Below the pieces are notes generated by a model. That model did no database searches. It was not told the DNA's origin and was given only the letters and a program-made list of their open reading frames with translations. Below, piece after piece: positions 14,001 to 23,887 of a DNA stretch of 64,000 nucleotides. Made by a program: the position numbers and the translations under genes. This DNA is from Klebsormidium nitens (Eukaryota > Plantae > Klebsormidiophyceae). The stretch is taken from NCBI GenBank assembly GCA_000708835.1, contig DF237219.1, positions 53,307 to 117,306 on the forward strand, given 5' to 3'. The stretch's first letter is position 1. Every line of letters begins with the position of its first letter.

Positions 14001-14197
14001 CCAACCCGGGAGCGTCAGATCGCTTTTTCGGGGTGGCCGCCAGGCTCGCACCTATACCCGCCGCTGCTATCCATTGACACATTCTCTACACAACGGTGAA
14101 GAATTTTGCTGGTTACTGGCCCTATGCGGTTTCCCTCGAAACTGATTTGAGCTGTTCTCCAATGCAGCTGCTTGCTATGGCGAAAATGCGGAGGTGA
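8068..14197 (+). CDS. Large low-complexity, largely disordered protein (~1,250 aa, 10 exons) with RG-rich box, coiled coil and Lys/Ala-rich region; function unknown
   Basis: Exons at approx. 8068-8486, 8683-8788, 9052-9187, 9542-10122, 10438-11410, 11683-11906, 12183-12466, 12722-13544, 13720-13949 and 14168-14197 join in consistent phase at GT-AG sites. No family recognised. Confidence 0.7.
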
Positions 14198-15210
14198 TCT
14201 TATCGTGGAGGGGAGGGTTTTGTGTCTAGTATCTTCTTAGAAGGTCCAGTGTCGCCGTTAGTAAGTCCTGTCGCTGCTAGTAAGTCGCGTCCAGTGTCAT
14301 GGGTTAGTCATGATCGTATCTAGACGTCCAGAAAGCACACATACAAACACAAATCAGGTTCGCCATTCGAGCCGACACTTAGAAGTGAGTCGAACATTCA
14401 AAGACGAAGTCTTCTCCATTGACATCGTGGTGTCAAGGAACAGTACGTTGCTAGCGCAGTCCGCATCCAGAATGTGGATGCTCGGAGATCGTATGACCTG
14501 TCAGAAGTTGCAAGGCGTTCATGCGGTGCATGCTTGACAAACAAACTATATGTGTGTCCAGTTTTTGCATTAGGCACATCCGTGCGTAACACCCTGCATA
14601 ATACTATATTCCCTCATGTGCAAGTCGAATCGTAGGACTTTCCGATCTGCAAGTTACTTAAGATGCGTCATCAGTGTGATCAAGAGTAATAAGATTCAAT
14701 TCTCAATGTAAATCAAGTGCTAATTGACTTAATAGCAGGTTACTGGGAGCCTGGGAGGTCAAAGAAATATTAGTTGACATTTCAAATTTATGCGTAACTA
14801 AGTCTACAGCTAGGCTTAAGTCAATTGCAGATCCAATCGATTCAAAGATCTGATACCTTTCTATGCGGCATGGCATGCAATGCAGTCCATTACTGCAGCG
14901 TAAATTGGTATTTCGCGGATCACATGCACTTCGGGCAAAAGCTGCCCCTAAGGTTCACCAGTTCACATGCATACATGTTCGTTTCAAAACCTACACCGAT
15001 TAGCGTTTTCATATACGCAGAATTAACGCTTTTATGATGCCCGTCCAATACCATGGTCAAAAGGCAGCGCAAAAATCATGAGCGATCCTCGCAATATAAT
15101 CATTATGCAAGAAATGTTGCACGACAAGGTTGTCAACCTACAGCAGTTTGCGTGAATTACCTTCTTGTCCCAGGAGCAACCTTGCATGTCGCAGTTCTTG
15201 CATACCTTAA

Positions 15211-15730
15211 AGTGGGCGTCGGGGTATAAAACCGGTATTTTCAAGACCGACCCGGAACCCGGTCGATTCGCCGTGGCTCAGGTGGCTAGCGCGCAGCCCT
15301 AAAATTGACAAGGAAGGTCCGAGGTCGTGAGTTCAAACAGCCAACTGTATCTTGTTGCCACTTTTTGCACCTTCCTTTTTGGGGCACTTGCTTATTAGGG
15401 CCTGTCAAAGAGTACACACCGGGCACCCGATCTGGCCCAAAGTTGACCATCGGACGGTCTGTATGCAATATTGAAAATACGGTGGTGATCGAAAGGCTTA
15501 AAACGCTGCAAGTTTAGATTCACCGGGCAACTATGGCTATGACGTCACCGGCCCTCCGCGGTACTCATTTGATAAGAGGTACTGTACCACTGGTACCGCG
15601 GTACATCCCAGCATGTTGAAGCGACAAATCATCATGACCGCTCATCGCGAAATGTCAGATCGACTGGATGAATGTTGGGCCGTTCGATCGGCGTTCAATC
15701 TGAAAAGGACGTGCACGTCCTAAGCCCACT
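15211..15730 (+). mobile_element. ~520-bp TTAA-flanked non-autonomous element, copy 1, carrying a tRNA-like Pol III cassette
   Basis: Perfect TTAA on both sides (15207-15210, 15731-15734). Termini AGTGGGC...GCCCACT. Homologous along its length to the inverted copy at 15746-16264. Confidence 0.8.
15267..15366 (+). ncRNA. tRNA-derived Pol III unit (degenerate, not a foldable tRNA) inside element copy 1
   Basis: TATAAAA at 15225, A-box TGGCTCAGGTGG at 15274, B-box-like GAGTTCAAAC at about 15329-15338, TTTTT at 15362-15366. Acceptor and T stems do not pair. Confidence 0.55.
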
Positions 15731-15745
15731 TTAATTAAACTTGAA

Positions 15746-16264
15746 AGTGGGCGTGGGACCCGCGGGTCCCAAATTGACCGAATCTGATCGGACGCTGCAG
15801 ATCCCATCGGCTCAATCGATTGGACCTCCATCGGACGGTATCGATGAGCTGTGACATAAGCAAGCGTCAGCGTACCGCATATATCTGGTACGGTACTTCT
15901 AGAGTTAGAGGTACCGCCAGAAAACCATGACGTCATGAAAGACTATGCCCGGTACACTGCAAATAGGGTACAACATACGCCGTCAGATGAGCCCAAGTTC
16001 TAGTGACACAATATTTGACCGTTAGATCGCGTTTCTCGGGCCAAATCACTTGCCCGGTATGCCCCCAAAAGCCTGCCTTAATAGCTTGGTGTTGCAAAAA
16101 GGAAGAAGTAAACCTCGAAAAAGTTGGGACCTCCGCGAATCGAACTCAGGACCTCGGCCGATTCAGCCGAGCTTAGGCGAGCGCGCTATCCACTTGAGCT
16201 ACTGTGACTTGGCCGACTCCCAATTCAGTCTGGCAAATAGGGGTTTTATACCCCGACGCCCACT
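15746..16264 (-). mobile_element. ~519-bp element, copy 2 (inverted, tail-to-tail with copy 1)
   Basis: Termini AGTGGGCG...CGCCCACT; flanks TGAA and (TT)TTAA. The outer end has a perfect 25-bp match (AAAGTGGGCGTCGGGGTATAAAACC) to the outer end of copy 1. Confidence 0.75.
16118..16208 (-). ncRNA. tRNA-derived Pol III unit (degenerate) inside element copy 2
   Basis: On the minus strand: TATAAAA (16250-16244), A-box TAGCTCAAGTGG, B-box GAGTTCGATTC, then TTTTT (16122-16118). The acceptor stem GTCACAG/AGGTCCC does not pair. Confidence 0.6.
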
Positions 16265-16444
16265 TTTTAAGCTCGAGTCCTGCACTCTAGCTCCGACTCT
16301 CAGTCCGATTTTGTGATGCGCGGACACGCGCGCGCTGTCGTCCGCCAAGCATGGTCCAACGCATGGAGCCTGAGGCTGAGGCTGCAGAACTTCTGCCAGA
16401 AGACGGAACCTTGATTTCGTGGCGGCCAAGCAGTGACAGCGACA

Positions 16445-19400
16445 ATGGCGACAAGCCGGCTTGCCTCTTTGGTTGGTGCAGGTGGAGCCAGCTTTGTCGT
16501 CCAATGCTGCGAGGTTGACCCCTCAGTTAGCCCTTTGTGCTCCTGCCCCCTCGCCTCACCACTGCTCGCTGCCCGGAGGGTGTCGCATTCGCAAGCGACC
16601 AGCCGGACATCGCCACCCCAATGCATCACGACGGGGAAAGTAGAGCATTCACGCGCAAGCACGAGGCGAAGAGCAGTGCGCAGGCCGGTGGTAACCTGTG
16701 CTGTTCCTGGCACCAGCCCGCCTCCATACGTAGAGAGTCCTCCCTTCACGGAAGATGCACTGGACCGGGCTGCTGCGCTGGCGCAGGCCACGCTGAGGGA
16801 AATGCTCAGCTATGTGAGTGTCACGGACCTTTGCGTCACTATAGGGATTCTGACCTATGCCACTCTTTTCTTTCCCCGGCAAACACTCTCATTCATAATC
16901 AGGAGAATCCAAGTCCAATATCGTTTTGACTGACCTTGCAACATCAGTGGCATAGTATGCCCCCAATATCCTCGCTGGAATTTACGGTCAACTGTGCTAG
17001 GCCACATCGGCCGAACTTCAGAGAGTGCTATGAAAACATTGCGGAGCCCCTCGCACTTTGCTCTAATGATGAAGTATGCAAGTACCTTGGAGTGAGGAGA
17101 ATGGAGCTTAGTGGTTCCAGGAGGCAGAGGGGGACTAAACAGCAACTGCCATCGTGGTATTACCATTAATGTGCGAATCGAGTGAGAAAGAGCTGGCCCG
17201 GCCTGAGGCGTCCCTCATGGGTGGTGTGAGTGCAGTTGGAGGATCTCGGCAACACGGGCGGCCTGGAGGAGCTGACGGTACAGCTGGCGGCCAACGCGGC
17301 CATCAGCAAGCGCATCGACAAGCTGGACGGGGCATTCATGCTGGCCATTGACACCATGCTCATGCAGGCAGAGAGGAACAATGATCCCCAGGTGGGTAAA
17401 AGGCAGCGGGGCAGGCTCAGGGACAGGGCAAGGCGACCTGTATGGTTCGGCAGAGCGGGAAGACCGAAAGCATCTCCAACAAACTGACCAATGAACAGTT
17501 GATACATTGGCCTGCGCCAATCATACTTTCCTAGCGATTCAAACGCAAGCTCAGTGGTAAGCATATGGACCATGTTGGATGGTCATCTGTGGCCTCTCTG
17601 TCCCACTCACACCGTTTTGTCGGTGGTTGTGCAGTCGGTGGCCATTCTCCTGATTGTGAAGCAGGAGGTCCTGGCAGCGCTGGCCAAGAGCTTCCCGCCC
17701 AATGTGAGCGGATCATTCAAATGATGCTTAGGTGACCGATGCCTTTAAAGGCAGTGCGGCTGGACAGAACAAAGACAAATTCCTTAGAAGAGCCGATTCT
17801 CGTTTGCAGCTGTTAGCCTGCTGAAGCTGTGCCATGGTTTTCTCAAACCACCAGAAAGAGATAGTCGTTATTGTCTTGGAATTTACTTCGGCTATTCGTG
17901 AGTATCTGAGAGACGGACTCCACAAGCCGTTCGTGGCAAGCCATTGTAGTGCTGCTCACACTCTCCCCCTTCTCTGTGTCCTTGTGGTGTGCAGGTGCAG
18001 GTGTTGGAGCTGCTGACGAGGGTGCCCCTCAAGGAGGTGCGCAAGGACCTCATCTGCCTGGCCGCGGCTGGAGGGGGCCAATACACCGGGGGGGAGTACG
18101 AGACACGGGAGGACAAGCTGCTGGTGCCCGCAGCAAGGATTGAAAACGTGCTGCGGCAAACGGACGACATGGTCTACGTGAGTTAATGGCGCTGCTGGCT
18201 GAAGACGTTGTGTGTGCCGCCATTCGCTGGTAGATTGAGCCATAGAGGTTCGAAGCCCTGTTCGTTTGACTGCTGTGTCTTTTAGACTGGCAAGACGTTG
18301 GGTCGATAACCTGTAAGTTCACAGTGCATTTAATCGGACGCGGTCATGGCATACCTATTCAGCCATCTCACATCGAGAAACAGTCCGAGCCCGGGAGGCT
18401 GTCACCACGATAGGGAAGGCGGTTTGAGAGCAATCACGTGGACTCCTCCCCTCGGAACACCTGAAGCGTTCAAAGCCTGCGCTGATGAAGTTCTATGGTC
18501 TCCCATGATCCTCGTTTGTGATCGGGCTGTCCATAACCGTATGCTGTGAGCGTTTGCGCGCAGGACATGGAGGAGCGCGCGCAGGTGGCGGATCGGCGGC
18601 TGCTGGCGCGGCTGGTGCTTATCCGGGAGGAGCTGCGCGCCATGATGGCAGGGGGGATCCACGACCCGCGCGCCAACACGCGCGTGCTCGGGAATCTGCC
18701 GCAGAAAGAGGTGCAGGCCCGCGCAGCCGTGTTTATGAGAAGCCGCCGTTCTGACGGAGCTCGAAGCTGAAAATACGAGTGTTGAGTTTTCGATTTGGAC
18801 TGCGTGTTCCCTCTCGATTCAAGCGTCTTTGCCCCGTGGTGATAGAACTATGCCACAGGGACAACGATGCAGGGAAGGACCAACCTTTCGATGTCCGGAG
18901 ATCATTGAGTTCTGCCGAAGTATTTAGTCAAGTGTACGAAGATCTTCCGTGCAGTGGCTTCTATTCGACAGGTTTCGCTAATGCCTCACACATAGCTCAC
19001 AAGCTCTGGCTTCGCCTCCCCCAGGTAGAGTTTCTGAGTGCGTTGGCGGCGATGCGGCCCGGGGAGCAGATGTCGGCGCGCATCGCCAAGGTGCTGGCGG
19101 GGCAGGACGAGGGCGCGGACAAGGTGACCAAGTTTGTCCCGCAGGCGGAGCGCGCCGCGGCCGAGTACGACATCGACGAGGTGCGCACGCGGGGGCTGGA
19201 CGACGAGGAGCTGGCGGAGGAGGACCACGCGCTGCGCATGCGCATTGCGGGGGAGTCGGGGGAGACGCGCGACGGGCAAGTGACGACCACGCTGCCGGTG
19301 CGGCCGGGGCAGCTGCTGGAGACGCTAACCAAGCTGACGGGGAGCGCGCTGAGCGGGTATACGGCAGGGGGCGACGCGGGGCTGCTCATGCAGATGCGCC

Positions 19401-19927
19401 ATGTGAGGGGAGGCCCGCACAGGCCGCGTGACTCCGTCCCAACAGAACCACGAGCCTACCGGCTTGTATGGCTCATGGTCTAAATTGTCGGTCGTTTCAA
19501 TGACTTTCCTGTGAGCTTGGGCTTGTTCGAGAAACCAATTCTGGAGCTTCTGCCGTGCGTTGGTGGCTCTGCTTTTGCAATACAACGGTGTCGACTGCCT
19601 ATATTCCAAGCCCCTGTCACGAAGCTGACAGAAGTGCCAGACATGCTTCACTTGCGCGATGAAGAAGAAAGACCCGTCGGGTGTGCTGCAACGCCAGCTT
19701 TAAGCCCGTGCATTGGCGCGTATGGCGGGCTGCTGCGAGGATTCCTGGTTTAAAGGAGTGCCCTCTGGTTTGCTGTGGATCCCTTTGCGGGCAGCCTGGA
19801 GCAGCGGAGACACTTGAATGCGAGAGACCTTGTTGTTGCATTGCAGGTGCGGAAGGTGTGCTTGGAAGAGCTGGAGGATCTGGCAGGCTGGGGGAAGTTC
19901 GAAGATGCAAGCGAGTATCGGCCATGA
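16445..19927 (+). CDS. PRDA1: PEP-RELATED DEVELOPMENT ARRESTED 1 homologue (plastid nucleoid protein), about 7 exons
   Basis: Transit-peptide-like N-terminus. Motifs VQLAANAAISKRIDKLDGAFMLAIDTM, DRRLLARLVLIREE, GQDEGAD and LPVRPGQLLETLTK match my recollection of Arabidopsis PRDA1 (VELAAQGVIGKRVDEMESGFMMALDYM, DRKLLARLVLIREE, GKDEGAD, LPVRPGMFLETVTK). Confidence 0.85.
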
Positions 19928-21207
19928 TAATCTCGGCTTGACACTCGGCGGCGAACGGGCGATATAACGGGGCGAATCAAGAAGGGGACCAATATCGAGG
20001 ATTGGGGCGCGGTTGAGCGGTCTTTTGAAATGTTCTATTTGACCTACAAGACCATTTGCGATATCTGGCATAGTGAAAGATACATTTCAGAAGCTGAATC
20101 CTATAGAAAATTTCGAAAGCGTTCTAAAGAAGCCGTCGACGATATCCGCTCGAAGCGGCATGAGAGTAGTAAGATGGCAAGGAAAAGGATGAGCCTAGAG
20201 TTTGGAAAGCTCATAGAATACTTGAAAGATGGAAACTCAACTCTCAGGATTCCAAGGCTCAGAGGGAATCGCTGCGGCTAAGCTGTATGTCAGGACTAGA
20301 CCGCATTAGATCTTGACAAAGATAAATCCTCTTTTACGATGGTAAATGATTGACGGTTGCATGGTGTGCCTTGTTGCAGTCATTGACGTACGCGATTGAC
20401 TTCTTTCCAGTCTATGTTGACCTGTATCAGAATTCAAACCGTGCAATTATACTCTATTGCAGCCTTGAACACTCTTATATCGGATGGTTTCACGTTCACA
20501 CTGCATGAGAGTGTATATATACCAGAGTTCGAGACGTGCAAGTAATTGACGGCCTGACAACTGCTGCACCTGGAGCTGCTGTTGGCGGCCGGTCGCGATC
20601 TGCAATTGTCGCCGTGCTGCAATCGAGATCGAATTGCAGATCGAGACCAACTACAGTAGCTTGTCAGATCAACTTCGCCGCGTGCACAAACGCGAAGCTG
20701 TAATGTTTTACTTATCCTTGTCTCCCCGCGTATACTTTGCACACGCGCAGACCCCTCTCGCGACAAATTGAGTCACGCAATGCCAGATTCTGCTCTGAGC
20801 AACACAGCTCGCTCAGCAGATCCATGTGCATGAAGGCTCCATTTCCTTGTCAGAAATGAGAGGGAACAAGTAACCGTGACCGTTTTCCTGGACATCTGCT
20901 GACATATGTTTGCACTTCTTGACACGGAATCATGCCTGAAGGTTTAGCCCAAACAGTGAATCGCTCTACCCCATGAAACCAGCTCCTCGATAATGACGTG
21001 CCAAACAATGTCTTGCGTTGCAAAAGAATCGTCCAACGTGCGGCGAAACGCAAATCGTTCACACAATCAGCACTAAGATAATAGAACGTACACCTGAAGT
21101 TTTCCCCACGTAGATTTACTCAAGCTCCTTTTCTAAAAGAGAGCCGCTTCAACACGCCTGGTGTCAGTACGCAGAATCGCCCACACCGCTGGCGCTGCCG
21201 CGCTCGT

Positions 21208-23546
21208 CTACCGCCGCGCCTCGAGCAGGACGAGCGTGAAGAAGACGACGACGGTGCCGAGGCCCTTGATCAGGATGACGCGCCGCGTGTCGGCGTCGCG
21301 GAAGGTGAAGCGCTCCGTATCCGCCAGGTTGATGAACGACGGCGCGAGCGTGTTCACACCCAGCACGACGAGCCAGCTCATGCTGACGCGCAGCACGGTG
21401 GACTCGAAGAAGACGGACGTCAGGTTGTACTTGATGGACAGCCAGAAGAACACCGCGATGCGCGCGTTCGCCAGCGCGCGCTGCACGACCACCAACGCGA
21501 GCGCCTCCCCGCGCGCCGCGCAGCACTGCGCCACCGCCTGGCGCGCGGCTTGCGCGAGCGTCTGCTCCTGGTCGTGCATGTCGGGGAGGAACACCTGGCG
21601 GTACCCGGCGGGCAGCCAGTCGCACACCCACAGGAACGCGCCCATGTACAGCGGGAGCAACACCTGGCGTGGGAGCAGGACCCGCCGTCAGCAGGGGAAG
21701 GACGAAGAATGACAGGAAAGCCCCCGACCCGGCCCATGATTTTCTCGACTCATTCACGAGAGAAGTTATGAAGCAGGAGAAAAGTTGAAAAGAACCGACT
21801 CAAAGTCCCCGATGAAGGAAAAGCCAACAGCCAGCGGGAGTGGCAAAGACGAAAGGAATCACAAGAGAAGGAGAGCCGTTATGGGGTGTCGAAGTTGCAG
21901 GCAGCTCCACCATGTTCCAAGTCAATACTGAACAGGCTTCAGGCGAGCTTATTGATCCAAAAATGCGGTTTGAAGACGACTCAGCTCACAGCAGAGGTCT
22001 TTGCTTCCTATGTTTCTTACAATGCAAGTAAGCGGCTGCAAACGAACTCTCAGCAACATCCGACCGTCAGACCTCAATGTCTTTCCGATGTAGACGTTAG
22101 CCAAGCCAAGCGTCATATTGACGCCTTCCACAACCACTGCTATCTTCAGGATAGCATTCCTGAAACTCGATGACCATGCAAGTGACGGCATAGCATTCTG
22201 GAAGAGCTAATGACGGCCCGAACGGCCTTCGCCCCACCTGGTCGAGCGCGGTGAAGCCGAACTCGTTGACGCGGCAGCGGTCGTTGACCAGCTTCTGCAC
22301 GATCACCCACACCGCCATGCTCGTCACCAGCACCCCGAAGATGCCCCCCAGCAGCAGGAACCCCACCAGGCTGCGCCCCGCGCCGTCGCCCTTGCCGGCC
22401 GCCCCCAGCAGGCCCGCCGCCTCGTCGTCGCCGTGCGCGCGCAGCACGTGCTTCTCCACCTCCTCCGCCTCCACGGCCACGTACCCCGCCTTTTCTTTCC
22501 CCCCCCCCAGCCCCCACCCCTGCCCCGCGTTCTCGTGGAAGTGCTCCGACACCGGGAAGTCGTCCTCCACCGTCGCCGTACCCACCACCGCGGCCGCGCC
22601 GAGCGGCCGCGCAGCCCTCCCCGCGCGCGCGTCGTCCTCTAGCGCGTCGTCGTCGTCCACGGTGGCCAGCTCGACGTGCTGGTGCGGCGCGGGCGCGCGC
22701 TTCTTTTCGTAGAGGCACAGGTACGTGCCGGCCGCGCCGACGAGCATGACGTAGGCGGGGATGGGCGCCTCCAAGTAGCCGAAGACGCGCGCGAGCGGCA
22801 CGATGAGGAACGTGGCGAAGAAGGACGCGAGCGGCTTGAACAAGATGCCCAGCGGGTGCAGGTGCAGCACCACCTCGCACACGTCTGCGGCGCGAATTGA
22901 AAGAAGAAGGCGCATCAGCGCGGCGTGTGAGAAGACTTCTGAGAGCTTTTTGAGTCTCTTGTAAACGGCTGCTTGTAAGTAAGAAGAAATGAAGGGCGCA
23001 GAAGGCCAAGGGCCAAGGAAAAGCAGAAGCAACGACTCCCCAAAGTCATGGCAGGAAGTGTTCTAATGAAGTGCCAGAAAGTGTTCTAATGAAAGTGCAC
23101 AGAAAGTAAAATCCTTCTCTATACCCAACGGGCGTGCTTATGAAGAGCGAGTTTACGTTGATTGTCTGTTCTAGAGCGCTTGATTGAGCCTCACGGTAGA
23201 GGATGGCGAGCAGTCCCAGCAGCAGCAGCAGCGGGTGCGCGCCGATGGCCCACCCGATGGTGGACGGCCCCTGCGCGGGGCAGGCCACCGGGGAGCACTG
23301 CTCGGGGCGGGCGATGCAGAAGGCCTCGTCCTTGCCCGGCACGCCGGCCAGCACCTCCCGGTAGCACTGCACCGGGCGGCCGCGCACCACGATGGCGCCC
23401 GTCTGGCGCGGGAACAGCAGCTCGCCAATACCGCCCAGGACCAGGACTAGTAGCGCGGACACCAGCATGCTCACCAGGATCATGCTGCGGGCAGGGCGGG
23501 ACGGCACAGTCAGGAGCGTTGCGGGAGTTGGCCAGGAGTCTGTCAT
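21208..23546 (-). CDS. Polytopic membrane protein (~485 aa, 3 exons), possibly drug/metabolite-transporter-like
   Basis: Exons at approx. 23546-23190, 22886-22238 and 21663-21208 join in phase. Two groups of hydrophobic helices are separated by an acidic loop, with near-exclusive G/C third positions. The family assignment is inference. Confidence 0.7.
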
Positions 23547-23887
23547 GCTGCTTTGATGAGTCGGTGCAATCTAGGCCGTGCAGACAGATATCGGACGCTC
23601 AAATTTTCAACCAAGCTATGTCAGAATCATGAGAAGTGCTTTCGATCATAATCGAGTCGCGGGACAATTCGTATCTCTGACAAAAAGCTTCCACAGATAT
23701 CTGAAAAGCAAGGTACCGTTTTTTCAAGGCTTGCCAAAGGTGCCAAGAGGTTGGAAGTATGAGTACCGAGAAGGGACCGAGAACCAAAGGGCACAATGAG
23801 CGCAGGGAGAAGAGGACCGAAAGGAAGAAGGAGGTATAGAATCACGGTCACGTTTATGTGCAATCCTAGACGCCGCACCGGTCGGGC

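Noticed and set aside
16118-16208. Functional tRNA gene (also considered as a permuted or suppressor tRNA)
   Set aside because: The acceptor stem has 4 of 7 mismatches, the anticodon arm cannot be folded canonically, and the unit sits inside a repeated element. Reported as tRNA-derived instead.
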